A stretch of DNA of 64,000 nt from Polyangiales bacterium. Its GTDB lineage: Bacteria; Myxococcota_A; Polyangia; Polyangiales; Polyangiaceae. The DNA lies in contig JBBRLQ010000007.1 of NCBI GenBank assembly GCA_038231275.1, positions 192,001 to 256,000 on the forward strand, read 5' to 3'. The position numbers and the translations under genes are program-made. Positions 29,924-39,858 of the stretch are shown piece by piece (within the stretch, counting starts at the first letter, position 1; every line of letters begins with the position of its first letter). Below the pieces are notes generated by a model. That model had not been told where the DNA came from. It ran no database searches and was given only the letters and a program-made list of their open reading frames with translations.

Positions 29924-31141
29924 TCACTCCGCGTACATCTGGATGCCGGTCGCCGCGAGCCGCGCCATCCGCAGCGCCTCGTCCCAATCGGGGTGCCGGA
30001 GGTGGACCCAACCGTCGGAGAGAAGCGTCTGCCGCCAGTCGCGTCGCAGCTCGCCCGGCCGGAGCAGGCGCTCCTCCATCACCCAATGACCGCACTCGCG
30101 GAGCCACTCGCGCAGGCCTTCGATGCGCGTGATGCGCCCGTGCCCCTGCGCGCGTTTGTAGACGATCGCGGCGTTGTACTTTCGCTCGGTGCTCGCGTCG
30201 AAGTGCTTCCAGCACGCGACGCGGGCCCACTCGCGGAAGTGATCGACGTCGCACGTGAAGTTCATCTGATCGACGATGCCGGCGCCGCCGGGGCGCGCGC
30301 CGATCTCCCCGAACACGGCCTCGCCTTTGGAGGTGAGGAACCACTCCATGTGCGTGAACCCGTCGGTCATGCCGAGCGCGGTGAGCACCTTGCGCCCGAG
30401 CGCGATGCCGCCCTGGTATTTCTGCTGCGCCATGTCGCGCACCGTGATGCCGATGGGACTGACCCACTCGTTCATGCGCATCTCGAGCGGCTTGGGGAAG
30501 TACGCCATGATGCTCTCGGTGGCGGGTACTCCGTCGATGCAGATCGTGTCGAACGTGAACTCCTCGCCGTCGATGTACTCCTCGCAGCTCACCTCCGGCA
30601 CGAGGCGCAAGCACGCGATGAAGTGATCGAGCTCGGGCGGCGTGTCGACGCGGTAGGTGTCGGCGCTGCCGGCGCCCGCGATCGGCTTCAGGATGAGCGG
30701 GTAGCCGATCTCCTCGGCGGCCTCACGCGCTTCGTGCGCCGTCTTCACGCGGCGGGAGCGCGGGACGCGGATGCCCGCGGCGGCGACGCGCTCCTTCATG
30801 AGCTGCTTGTCGCGAAAGCCGCGCGCCGTGTCGAGGCTCATCCCCGGCATCCCCCAGCGCTCGCGGAGCCGCGCGGCGAGCTCCACCACCGGCTCCCAGT
30901 TGGCGAGGACGCGATCGACCGTGCGGCCTTGCAGCCACGCCGAGACGCGCTCCATGACGTCGGCCTCGTCCATGATGCGTGGAACCTGCAAGTAATCTCG
31001 CAGGTACGGCTTCACCGCGGCGGGCAGCTGCTCGCGCGGCGTGTCCGCGACGCCGTACACCTCCGCGCCGACCTCCGCGAGGCCGCGCGTGTACTGCACC
31101 ATCTCGGGGGGATATGCGGGGGAGAGAAAGACGACGCGCAT
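29924..31141 (-). CDS. ATP-grasp domain protein
   Basis: FRDKQLMKE, GYPLILKPIAGAGS, EEYIDGEE, THMEWF, GEIGARPGG; start MRVVFLSP at 31141. Confidence 0.88.
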   Translation of the reverse strand: MRVVFLSPAYPPEMVQYTRGLAEVGAEVYGVADTPREQLPAAVKPYLRDYLQVPRIMDEADVMERVSAWLQGRTVDRVLANWEPVVELAARLRERWGMPGMSLDTARGFRDKQLMKERVAAAGIRVPRSRRVKTAHEAREAAEEIGYPLILKPIAGAGSADTYRVDTPPELDHFIACLRLVPEVSCEEYIDGEEFTFDTICIDGVPATESIMAYFPKPLEMRMNEWVSPIGITVRDMAQQKYQGGIALGRKVLTALGMTDGFTHMEWFLTSKGEAVFGEIGARPGGAGIVDQMNFTCDVDHFREWARVACWKHFDASTERKYNAAIVYKRAQGHGRITRIEGLREWLRECGHWVMEERLLRPGELRRDWRQTLLSDGWVHLRHPDWDEALRMARLAATGIQMYAE

Positions 31142-31154
31142 GGGCGGCGCTCGA

Positions 31155-31958
31155 TCAGCCGCCTTGCTGGTGCGCCTTCTGCGTTGCGCCGCGGTACATG
31201 CCGCCGAGGCCGCAGAAGATGCCGATGCCGATGCCTTGGGCGGCGAGGAAGATCGCGCTCGAGAAATCCATCTCCTCGAGGACGAGGCCGAGCCCGAGAT
31301 CGCCGACGCCATAGAGGATCGCCGACGCGATCACGACGCCGGTGACGAGCCCGCGTCCGGCCTTCGTGAAGAGCGCGCCGCCGTAACCTGCGCCCGCGAA
31401 CGAGAGAGCGGTCGTCGCATACCAGATGTACCCGGTCGGATCGTGGATGACCTTCGTGAAGACGATGTCGAACACGAGCGCGACGATCGCCGCGCCGATG
31501 CCCATCACGAACGCGAGCGCCGACGGCATCCCCGAGGCTTTTCCCGCAGGCATCGACATGCCGCCGAGCCCGCCGAAGCCGGGAATCCCGACGCCGAGAC
31601 CGCCGAGGTTCTGCGCCGGCGCCTGCTGCTGCGGCGGCTGCCCGTACGCTTGTTGCTGCGGCGGCTGCTCGTATTGCGGTTGCTGTTGCGGCGGCTGCCC
31701 GTACGCTTGTTGCTGCGGCGGCTGCCCGTACGCTTGTTGCTGCGGCGGCTGCCCGTATTGCGGTTGCTGTTGCGGCGGCTGCCCGTATTGCGGCTGCTGC
31801 TGCGGTGGCTGCCCGTATTGCGGTTGCTGCTGCTGCGGTTGCCCGTACGGCTGACCTTGCTGACCTTGCTGACCTTGCTGACCTTGCGGCGGATAGCCCT
31901 GCTGAGGATACTGACCGTAGCCGGGAGGAGGGCCGCCTTGGCCGGGGGGCTGGTTCAT
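31155..31958 (-). CDS. Membrane protein with Gln/Pro/Tyr/Gly low-complexity N-terminus
   Basis: Repeated YGQPPQQQ units, then about four hydrophobic helices. Confidence 0.75.
   Translation of the reverse strand: MNQPPGQGGPPPGYGQYPQQGYPPQGQQGQQGQQGQPYGQPQQQQPQYGQPPQQQPQYGQPPQQQPQYGQPPQQQAYGQPPQQQAYGQPPQQQPQYEQPPQQQAYGQPPQQQAPAQNLGGLGVGIPGFGGLGGMSMPAGKASGMPSALAFVMGIGAAIVALVFDIVFTKVIHDPTGYIWYATTALSFAGAGYGGALFTKAGRGLVTGVVIASAILYGVGDLGLGLVLEEMDFSSAIFLAAQGIGIGIFCGLGGMYRGATQKAHQQGG
31620..31885 (-). repeat. Tandem 27-33 bp repeats encoding YGQPPQQQ(PQ/A) and GQQ
   Basis: Repeated GGCTGCCCGTA.. units on the plus strand. Confidence 0.85.
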
Positions 31959-32036
31959 GAGCTCGAGAGTACGTGCAGGCCGCGCGCGGAACAATCCCTT
32001 GCGCGCGCCGCGCGGGCGCGCTTTTCTTGGGCTCGA

Positions 32037-32384
32037 GTGGACCCCCGCACCGCCACGCGCAAGTTCGACGTCGCGCCGTGCGTGATGTTGGTCGCCCTGG
32101 CGGAAGCAGAGGCGGAGGTGTGCGCGCGCGTGCTCAAGCCTCTCACCGCCGGGAAATCCGTCGCGATCATGCGCGTCGTACACATTCGGGCGGCGTGCGA
32201 GCGGATGCTGGTCACGCGGCCGCTCGTCGTCCTCTTCGCGGAGAAGCTCGGAGCGGAGGATCGGAAGCTCCTCGTCGAGCGCGCGCAGGACATCTCTGCG
32301 TCGATCGTGACCGTGCCCGTCTTGATCGACGAAGACGAGCTTCGCACCCGGATCGCCGCCGCACTCGCCGCCGCGGACCTCTGA
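32037..32384 (+). CDS. Small hypothetical protein
   Basis: GTG 32037; protein-like segment AACERMLVTRPLVV...ERAQDISA; alpha/beta pattern. Confidence 0.6.
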   Translation: MDPRTATRKFDVAPCVMLVALAEAEAEVCARVLKPLTAGKSVAIMRVVHIRAACERMLVTRPLVVLFAEKLGAEDRKLLVERAQDISASIVTVPVLIDEDELRTRIAAALAAADL

Positions 32385-32411
32385 GCGTCGTCGGTCTGAC
32401 TCGCTAGCTGA

Positions 32412-33446
32412 CTAGAAGGAGCCGGCGACGAACGCGCCCGCAGTTCCAGGGCCAACCGCCGGAGCGAGGTGGAGGCGCGCGGCCTCGTTGCCCTTCTCCC
32501 GGGGCGCCGTGAAGTAAAGGACCGCGCCACCCGCGACGAGGACCGCGCCGCTGACGAAGAACACGGTGGAGAGGAGCGCGTCTTTCTTCGCCGTGTCGTT
32601 CTTCGCGACGGCGTCCTTGTTCAGCGGAGCTTGAGGGGTGCCGTCAGGGTTCGTGCACCCCGTCGGGTAGCTTCCGCCGCACGCGCTCTTCACGTCGCTC
32701 TTGGCGCCGGTGGCGAGGAGGCCGAAGACGCTGCCCACCGCGAGACCCGCGACGCCGACGCCGCCGACCACGATGCCCGCGAGGCGTCGCCCCGCGCCGA
32801 CGTCGGACCCCTCGGGCTCGAGCGGCCCGCCGAGATCGACCGGGATGGCGGGGAGCTCTGCGCCGGCGGGGCCCTGCACACCGGGCTTGCTCCACGGCGC
32901 GCGGTTCTTCGCGGTGACGTCGATGCGGTGCGCCTGCCCCGGCTCGACGGCGTAGCTCGTCGCGAGCTGCGCGTAGTCCACGTCGGCGACCACGCGGCCG
33001 TCGATGGAGACCGCCAGCTCGCGGACGTTGGTCGGCAGAATGATGCTGAGCTTCACGACCTTGGGCTCCAGCTCGGCGATCGCCTTCTGCGCCGCTTCGC
33101 GCCGCTCGGTGTCGTGCTTCTGGACGGCGATCTGCTCGGCGAGCTTGAAGTTGTTCCACGCCTCGGCGTTGCGCTGCTCGGCGCGCGAGCACTCGGCGAG
33201 GTTGAACCGCGCACCGACGCTCTGCTCGGAGCGCAGGCTCTCGATGAAGAGCGGGATCGCCTCCTTGCAGTTTCCTTGCTCGACGTATTTTCGTGCGGCG
33301 AGAAAATCGCGCATCGCGAGCTGGTGCTTGGCAGGCGAGACCTCTTGGGCCGCGGCGACGCTCGGCGCACACACCGATAGAGCAGGGAGGAGCACGAGCC
33401 AGGCTGCCGACGACGGCGAGGTGCGCATGGATCTCATGGGCCTCAT
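32412..33446 (-). CDS. TPR + PEGA-like protein with C-terminal hydrophobic hairpin ending in Phe
   Basis: Signal peptide; GNCKEAIPLF..S...ARFNLAEC; VSIDG..VEPG; GIVVGGVGVAGLAVG; ends VAGSF. Confidence 0.8.
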   Translation of the reverse strand: MRPMRSMRTSPSSAAWLVLLPALSVCAPSVAAAQEVSPAKHQLAMRDFLAARKYVEQGNCKEAIPLFIESLRSEQSVGARFNLAECSRAEQRNAEAWNNFKLAEQIAVQKHDTERREAAQKAIAELEPKVVKLSIILPTNVRELAVSIDGRVVADVDYAQLATSYAVEPGQAHRIDVTAKNRAPWSKPGVQGPAGAELPAIPVDLGGPLEPEGSDVGAGRRLAGIVVGGVGVAGLAVGSVFGLLATGAKSDVKSACGGSYPTGCTNPDGTPQAPLNKDAVAKNDTAKKDALLSTVFFVSGAVLVAGGAVLYFTAPREKGNEAARLHLAPAVGPGTAGAFVAGSF

Positions 33447-33453
33447 CCTAGCC

Positions 33454-34947
33454 TCAAAACTTATCGAGGTTGGTGGTCGACGGAGGTTTGGGAGGCGGCG
33501 CCGTAGGAAGAGGCGGAGGAGGGGGTTGCGGCAGCGGAACCACCGCCACCGGCTTCGGGGGCGGCGGCCTGCGCGCACCGCCACCGGCACCGGCACCGCC
33601 ACCGCCGGGGGTGATCGGCGCGGGCCGCGGCGTGAGCGTTGCGATGGGCGCCATCGTCGCGATCGGGGCGACGCCGGCGTCGGAGGCGGGCGACGTCGCG
33701 AGCGGCGAGACCGGCTCGGGCATCGCGGGGCTCACGTCGACCGCAGGCGGCGGAGCCGAGTGGGCGGCCGCCGCGCCGCCATGATCCCGTCGGCCCTGGG
33801 CGAGGACGACCACGACCACGACCGCCAACGAGCCCAGCGCCGCCGCAGCAAAGCCCGCGATCCGCAGCGCGACGGTGCGTGACGCGTGCATCTTGCTGGG
33901 CTTCGAGTCGAACGAGGCCGCTGTCTTCGTGTCGCTGTGCACAAGCGTCTCGTCGAGCGCACCGGCGTTCATAGTCCGCGCCGACGCCACGTCGAACGAG
34001 CGTCGTGACGGCTCGGCCGGCAGCGCGTGCGCGGTCGCGAGGACCCCGCGCACGCGTGACGCCGCGCCCGCGGCCGCCGTCCCGCCGAACGGCTCCAGCA
34101 CGTCGGCCAGCTCTCCCACGTCGTCGTATCGCAGCGACGGCTCCTTCTCGAGGCAGCGCATCACGGCCTGCGCGAGCGCCGCCGGCAAGCCCAGCCGAAC
34201 CTCGTTCGGTGGCTTCGGCGCCTCCTTCAGCACGAGCGCGCAGAGCATCGGGACCGTCGGCGCATCGAACGGCACCGTCCCGGTCAAGAGCTCGTAGAGG
34301 CACACTCCCAAAGACCAGATGTCGGTGTGGCGATCGACGTCGCGCGACGCGCGCATCTGCTCGGGGCTCATGTACTGCGGCGAGCCCATCACCGCGGTCG
34401 TGCGCGTGAGCGCGTGGTCGTCGCCGCTCTCGACGTGCTTCGCGAGGCCGAAATCGAGCACCTTCAGCAGGGGCCGGCCGTCGACGCGCTGCGCGAGGAA
34501 GAGGTTCCGCGGCTTGATGTCGCGGTGGATGATGCCGCGCGCGTGCGCCTCGGCGAGCGCCTCGCACGCCTGGAGGACGAGGGCGACGGCGCTCTCGTAC
34601 GGCTGCGCGCCCGACTCTTCGAGGAGCTGGCCGAGATCCTTGCCGGTCAGGAACTCCATCACCATGTACGGCGCGCCGTCGGCGAGCCGCCCGGTGTCCT
34701 GCACGCGCGCGGTGTGCTCGCTCTGGAGGCTCGCGGCCGCGTTGGCCTCTCGCTGGAAGCGCGCCACGCTCTCGCCGTCCCGGAGCGCCTCGGCGCGCAT
34801 GAACTTGATGGCGACGCGCTTGTTCAGCGTCTTGTGCCGCGCCTGCACGACGACGCCCATACCCCCCGAGCCGAGCACGCGCTCGACGAGGTACTTGCCG
34901 TCCAGGACATCGCCAGGCTTGACGGATTCGTCGAGTCGGTTGCTCAT
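33454..34947 (-). CDS. Ser/Thr protein kinase with TM helix
   Basis: LGSGGMGVV, VAIK, HRDIKPRN, DFGLAK, YMSPEQ, DIWSLG; start MSNRLD at 34947. Confidence 0.94.
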   Translation of the reverse strand: MSNRLDESVKPGDVLDGKYLVERVLGSGGMGVVVQARHKTLNKRVAIKFMRAEALRDGESVARFQREANAAASLQSEHTARVQDTGRLADGAPYMVMEFLTGKDLGQLLEESGAQPYESAVALVLQACEALAEAHARGIIHRDIKPRNLFLAQRVDGRPLLKVLDFGLAKHVESGDDHALTRTTAVMGSPQYMSPEQMRASRDVDRHTDIWSLGVCLYELLTGTVPFDAPTVPMLCALVLKEAPKPPNEVRLGLPAALAQAVMRCLEKEPSLRYDDVGELADVLEPFGGTAAAGAASRVRGVLATAHALPAEPSRRSFDVASARTMNAGALDETLVHSDTKTAASFDSKPSKMHASRTVALRIAGFAAAALGSLAVVVVVVLAQGRRDHGGAAAAHSAPPPAVDVSPAMPEPVSPLATSPASDAGVAPIATMAPIATLTPRPAPITPGGGGAGAGGGARRPPPPKPVAVVPLPQPPPPPLPTAPPPKPPSTTNLDKF

Positions 34948-35044
34948 GCGGGGGATCGAAGCGGGAGGCGCGTGAAAGCGACCTCTCAGCGTAACATCAT
35001 CGACGGCGCCGGAACGAAGTCCGCGCCGAAGGGTAGGAGCAGGT

Positions 35045-36469
35045 GTGGTGAAGGTACGAGTGGTAGGTGCAGGGCTCGCGGGATGCGAAGCGGCGTGGCA
35101 GCTCGCCGAACGCGGGATCGACGTCGAGCTGATCGAGCAGAAGCCCCTCGCGCGGACGCCGGCGCAGACGAGCGATTGGATCTGCGAGCTCGTGTGCTCC
35201 AACTCGATGCGCGGCGCGGCGCTCGTGAACGCGGTGGGCCTCTTGAAGGAGGAGCTCCGTCGCGCCGGCTCGCTGATCATGGCGTGCGCAGAAGAGGCTC
35301 GTGTGCCCGCCGGCGGCGCGCTCGCCGTCGATCGCGAAGTGTTCGCCGAGAAGGTGACCGCGAAGATCGCCGCGCACCCGAGGATCGCGCGCCGCGCGGA
35401 GATCGTCACGAAGATCCCCGACGCGAGCCCCGACGCGCCCGTCATCCTGGCCACTGGGCCGCTCACCGGCGACGCGCTCGCCCAAGACCTCGCGCGCACC
35501 GTCGGCGCCGAGCACCTCGCCTACTACGACGCGATCGCCCCGATCATCGCAGCGGACTCGATCGACTGGGACAAGGTCTTCAAGCAGTCACGCTGGGGCA
35601 AGGGGGGCGAGGATCCGAACGCCGATCCCGGCGCCGCACGCGACGCGACCGCGCTCGGCGACGAGGCGTACGTGAACTGCCCGTTCGACGAGGCGCAGTA
35701 CCGCGCCTTCGTGGCGGCGATCGTCGCAGCCGAAAAAGTCGAGCCGCGCGCGTTCGAGGAGACGAAATATTTCGAAGGGTGCCTCCCCATCGAGGTCATG
35801 GCGTCGCGCGGCGAGATGACGCTGGCGTTCGGCCCGATGAAGCCGGTGGGGCTGACCGATCCGCGGACCGGGCGCCGTCCGTTCGCGGTGGTGCAGCTGC
35901 GGCCCGAGGATCAAGCGGCGACGTCGTACAACCTCGTGGGCTTCCAGACGCGCATGACCTACGGCGAGCAGCCGCGCGTCTTCCGGATGATCCCGGGCCT
36001 CGAGGAGTGTGAGATCCAGCGCTTCGGCAGCGTGCACCGCAACACCTTCGTCGACGCGCCGAAGCTCCTCGACGAGCGGATGCAGCTCCGCGCGCGGCCG
36101 GGGGTGTTCCTCGCGGGGCAGGTCACCGGCGTCGAGGGATACGTCGAGAGCTGCGCGGGCGGGCTCGTTTGCGCGATCCTCCTCGCGCAGTCGCTCACGG
36201 GGCGCCCTTTCACGCCGCCTCCGGAGACGACGGCGCTCGGCGGAATCCGGACGCATCTGATGCGCCCGCAGCCGAAGTTCCAGCCCTCCAACATCACGTG
36301 GGCCTGCATGCCCCCGATCTCCGATCGACGGCTGAAGAAGCGCGATCGCTACGCGGCGATGTCGGCGCGCGCGCTCGTGGACGTCGAGGCGTGGCTCTCG
36401 TCCGCGCCGCTCGCACGGATCGCGCGCGCAAAGCCGCCGGCTGAAGCGCCGGCCGTTCTGGTATCGTAA
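35045..36469 (+). CDS. trmFO: Folate/FAD-dependent tRNA (uracil-5-)-methyltransferase
   Basis: [51 protein letters not shown]. Confidence 0.95.
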   Translation: MVKVRVVGAGLAGCEAAWQLAERGIDVELIEQKPLARTPAQTSDWICELVCSNSMRGAALVNAVGLLKEELRRAGSLIMACAEEARVPAGGALAVDREVFAEKVTAKIAAHPRIARRAEIVTKIPDASPDAPVILATGPLTGDALAQDLARTVGAEHLAYYDAIAPIIAADSIDWDKVFKQSRWGKGGEDPNADPGAARDATALGDEAYVNCPFDEAQYRAFVAAIVAAEKVEPRAFEETKYFEGCLPIEVMASRGEMTLAFGPMKPVGLTDPRTGRRPFAVVQLRPEDQAATSYNLVGFQTRMTYGEQPRVFRMIPGLEECEIQRFGSVHRNTFVDAPKLLDERMQLRARPGVFLAGQVTGVEGYVESCAGGLVCAILLAQSLTGRPFTPPPETTALGGIRTHLMRPQPKFQPSNITWACMPPISDRRLKKRDRYAAMSARALVDVEAWLSSAPLARIARAKPPAEAPAVLVS

Positions 36470-36483
36470 CCGGCGAGGGAACG

Positions 36484-37104
36484 TTGGCCGCATCGAAGGA
36501 AAATCAAGCCAAGGCGCGCTCCGTCGTGCCGCCGGGGGACGATGTCGGCGCCGCCGAGCTCGGCCGCGGCGTCGCCGAGAACCTGCGTCAACGTCGCAAA
36601 GCGCGCTCCATGTCGCTCGACGATCTCGCGCGCGCGTCCGGCGTGAGCCGCGCGGCCCTGTCGCAGATCGAGACGTGCAAGAGCAACCCGACGCTCGGCG
36701 TGCTCTGGAAGATCGCCGTCGGACTCGGTATCCCCTTCGCCGAGCTGATCGGCGCGCCGCGTGGAGGCGTCTCGGTGCTGCGCCGCGCCGACGCGCAGAT
36801 CCTCCGGTCCGTCGACGGAAAGCTCGAGAGCCGCGCGCTCGCACCGGCCGGCGCGTCGTCGACCGTCGAGCTTTACGAGCTCCGCCTCTCCGCGCGCTCC
36901 ACGCACACGTCGGAGCCGCACGCCGCCGGCACGCGCGAGGTGCTCGTCGTCCTCTCGGGCGTTGCGCGCATCCAGGTCGACGACGAGAGCTTCGAGCTCC
37001 AGGCCGGCGACTCGATCGCGTTCCCCGCCGATCGCCCGCACGCGTACGAGAACCACGGCGGCGCCGAGGCGCGCTACCACAACGTCATCGTATACGAGCG
37101 CTGA
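36484..37104 (+). CDS. XRE-family HTH + cupin transcriptional regulator
   Basis: SLDDLARASGVSRAALSQIE...NPTL..LWKIA; C-terminal cupin GDSIAFPADRPHAY. Confidence 0.9.
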   Translation: MAASKENQAKARSVVPPGDDVGAAELGRGVAENLRQRRKARSMSLDDLARASGVSRAALSQIETCKSNPTLGVLWKIAVGLGIPFAELIGAPRGGVSVLRRADAQILRSVDGKLESRALAPAGASSTVELYELRLSARSTHTSEPHAAGTREVLVVLSGVARIQVDDESFELQAGDSIAFPADRPHAYENHGGAEARYHNVIVYER

Positions 37105-37999
37105 CTTCGCCGGCGGAGGTCGTGCGGCCCCTCACGAGCTCGAACGCGACGCCGGCCTCTTCGAGCCTCCGCGACGTCGTACGGATCGCGAGGGCCCCGA
37201 CGTCGCAGCCGACGAAGGGGCGGCCGAGCGCAGCGGCGGCGACGAGCGCAGTGCCGGAGCCGCAGAACGGATCGAGGACGAGCCCGCCCTCTTCGGTCGA
37301 CGCGCGGACGATGCGATCGAGGAGCTTGAGCGGCTTCTGCGTGGGGTAGCCGGTCGTCTCGCGGCGGAGCGGCGTGTTGCAGTGCATCGCCGGGCAATCG
37401 GTCCACACGCTGCCGAGCGCGCGCCCGAGATCCGCGTAGTAGCGGTACGTCTTGCCGCCGATCGTGCGGTCTCGGTAGCGGCGCCCGCCTTCGTCGGACT
37501 TCTTGAAGTGCATCGACAAGCTCGTCGGCGCGAAGCTCTCGCGGAGCGCGGGGTCCTTGCCGTTCCACACCCAGTCACCGGCGGGATCCTTCGCGTAGAG
37601 AAGGAGCGTCTGGTGGGTCATGCCCGGCCCACGACGGCCCTTTGCGCCGTTGCCGGGGACCCACACGATCTCCCCTAAAAATGAGGGCTTTCCGAAGAGT
37701 CGATCGCAGACGATCTTTGCCTCGTGGACCGCGCGTTGATCGAGGTGGAGCCACATCGTGCCGCGCGGCGAGAGCAGCTCGCGCGTCACGACGAGGCGCT
37801 CCTCGAGCCACGCGAGGTACGCGTCGAAGGAGGGCCACCGATCGTCGTACGCGACGGCACCGGTCGCGCGATGACCGCGGCCCTCTCGCGCGGCGAACTG
37901 CGCGCCGACGGCGAACGGAGGATCGAGGTACGCGAGCATCGCGCTGCTGGGCGCGACATGATCACGCAGGCGCGTCGCGTCGCCGTGGACGAGTCTCAT
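37085..37999 (-). CDS. Orphan amino-DNA methyltransferase (beta class, N6-A/N4-C)
   Basis: LAYLDPPF precedes YPTQKP..LL and VLDPFCGSGT; ATG 37999 overlaps the upstream stop. Confidence 0.88.
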   Translation of the reverse strand: MRLVHGDATRLRDHVAPSSAMLAYLDPPFAVGAQFAAREGRGHRATGAVAYDDRWPSFDAYLAWLEERLVVTRELLSPRGTMWLHLDQRAVHEAKIVCDRLFGKPSFLGEIVWVPGNGAKGRRGPGMTHQTLLLYAKDPAGDWVWNGKDPALRESFAPTSLSMHFKKSDEGGRRYRDRTIGGKTYRYYADLGRALGSVWTDCPAMHCNTPLRRETTGYPTQKPLKLLDRIVRASTEEGGLVLDPFCGSGTALVAAAALGRPFVGCDVGALAIRTTSRRLEEAGVAFELVRGRTTSAGEVSARIR

Positions 38000-38847
38000 C
38001 GGGTCCCCGCGGACGGCGCCGCGCCGTCGATCGGCCGGAGCAGCTCCAGCGCGAGCTCCGTGTCCGAGGGCGCTGTCGCGTCGGCGACGGGGTCCATCGC
38101 GATCCAGTGACGAGTAGGCCCCGTCGCCTCGCAGCCCTGCGCGATCTCCTCTGCCGAGCACTGCGTGCGCACGTGGACGTGATCGTCGTGAACGCCGCCG
38201 GGCACTGGCTGGAGCATTGCCTCCTGCGCGCGCAGCATTACTTCGCCGCTCTCGCCGCGCGCCTGCGCCCACTCGAGGAGGATCGCCTCGACGGTCCGAC
38301 TCGCGAAGATCCACTGGATGCGCGCGTCCGGGTCGGTGACGAGCGCCCTCACGAGGAGCCACTGCCGCTCGACGTCGAAGCGGAGGAAGCGGTGATGCAC
38401 GTCGTCCCACGCGAGGCCGTCCTCCTGCACGTGCACGAAGCCGGGGCTCTCCACCGGCGCGCCGTCGAGCGTCGTCATGTAGAGGAGCAGATCGGCGTCG
38501 CGCCCCGTCCGATGCGAGAGGTGGGGCATGAGGCGGCCGCCCGACCGCACGCTCAGATCGCCGACCGATAGCGTGCCTCCGGGACGTTCGCGCGCGACGG
38601 TCTCGGCGGCGCGCTCGATCGCCTGGACGAAGCGCGTGGCGCCGAAGTGCCGCTCGTCGTCCCGCAGCCACCGGTAGCCATTGCCGGTGCGCGGGAGAGC
38701 GCTGCCGTTGGTGAGCACGCCGCGGTGCGGCATTCCGATCGGTCCGCGAAGCTGTGGAGAAAGCGGGCTCGGGGCGCGCGCGCAGGATACGGCGAGCGCC
38801 GCGAAAATCGCGATCAGGAGCGGCCTGTACGGGCGCGCGGCGTCCAC
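37996..38847 (-). CDS. Penicillin-insensitive murein endopeptidase (MepA-like LAS peptidase), lipoprotein
   Basis: VGDLS..SGG...HLSHRTGRDAD and HDDHVHVR. Confidence 0.85.
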   Translation of the reverse strand: MDAARPYRPLLIAIFAALAVSCARAPSPLSPQLRGPIGMPHRGVLTNGSALPRTGNGYRWLRDDERHFGATRFVQAIERAAETVARERPGGTLSVGDLSVRSGGRLMPHLSHRTGRDADLLLYMTTLDGAPVESPGFVHVQEDGLAWDDVHHRFLRFDVERQWLLVRALVTDPDARIQWIFASRTVEAILLEWAQARGESGEVMLRAQEAMLQPVPGGVHDDHVHVRTQCSAEEIAQGCEATGPTRHWIAMDPVADATAPSDTELALELLRPIDGAAPSAGTR

Positions 38848-38988
38848 GCTTCTCCTCTACACCGTGCGGCCGCGGTGCACAAAGTGCGCGTCAAAAATTC
38901 CGTACGATCGTCGCAAAAAAGTAGCGCTTCGACGCTTGCGGCGCGCACCGAAGGGGAGGATCGTCTTCGCGGGTGGGGGGAGGTTCGA

Positions 38989-39252
38989 ATGGTGCTCAAG
39001 GTGGTTCCCGAGCTGAAGTACACGCGGCCCGTGCCGAGCTCGCGGCTCATGCGGGCGGGCGCGCTCGCTGCGGAGATCGAAGCGCTCCCCAACGCGTTTG
39101 CGGCCGAGGAGACGAAGGGGGCGAGCGCGTCGGTGCTCTACCAAGTCCGTCTCGCGAAAGGGCTCACGCAGAGCCTCATTGACCAGCTCGAGGAGCTCGA
39201 AGGTGCACCGTCCTCTGCGCGCGCCTTCGAGGCCGCGGTGAAGGCCGACTGA
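38989..39252 (+). CDS. Small helical hypothetical protein
   Basis: RBS GGGAGG, ATG 38989; LYQVRLAKGLTQSLIDQLEEL. Confidence 0.6.
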   Translation: MVLKVVPELKYTRPVPSSRLMRAGALAAEIEALPNAFAAEETKGASASVLYQVRLAKGLTQSLIDQLEELEGAPSSARAFEAAVKAD

Positions 39253-39280
39253 TCGCGCGCGCGCCCCGCGACTGCGCCGA

Positions 39281-39757
39281 CTATTTGCAGTAGCCGCGCG
39301 CGTTGCAGCCGGTGGCGATGCATCCGGCGTCGGACGCGCCGTTCGTGCAGTCGGGGAGACCGGTGCACGCCTTGGTGCACCACGCGCCTTGGCCTCCGAC
39401 GAAGCAGACCGAGAAATTGGGATCGGTGCACTCGGTGGGATCGGGGCCCGTCGCGGCGGCGGTGCACGAAGCGCCGAAGCTGCCGAGGGCCGCGCACGCG
39501 CCGTAGAGCGCGTCGGGGGCCGCGCCGTCGTGCGGACCGTCCGCCACGTGCCCGTCCTCGACGCCCACTCCCCCGTCGCCGCCGTCGCCGCCGTCGCCCG
39601 TGTTGCCGGTGTCGCCCGACGTGGCCGCGTCGCCGCCGCTCCCACTCGAGCCGCTGCTGCCGGAGCTGCTGCTACTGCTGCACCCGAACGCAAGGGCGAT
39701 CGAGGATCCCGCGGCGGCGAGCCAGAAGACCGGCGATGCGAGGATTTTGCGGTTCAT
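39281..39757 (-). CDS. Small Cys-rich lipoprotein
   Basis: MNRKILAS..lipobox AFGC, Ser/Gly/Asp linker, Cys-rich C-terminus. Confidence 0.75.
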   Translation of the reverse strand: MNRKILASPVFWLAAAGSSIALAFGCSSSSSSGSSGSSGSGGDAATSGDTGNTGDGGDGGDGGVGVEDGHVADGPHDGAAPDALYGACAALGSFGASCTAAATGPDPTECTDPNFSVCFVGGQGAWCTKACTGLPDCTNGASDAGCIATGCNARGYCK

Positions 39758-39858
39758 CGGGGCAGGACAAGCAAAGCAGCGGCGAACGATTCGCGCAAGC
39801 GCGCGCGCCTGGATGTAACAACTCGCGACGCCGACCCTCGGTGTCTCCCGGCGTCTTC

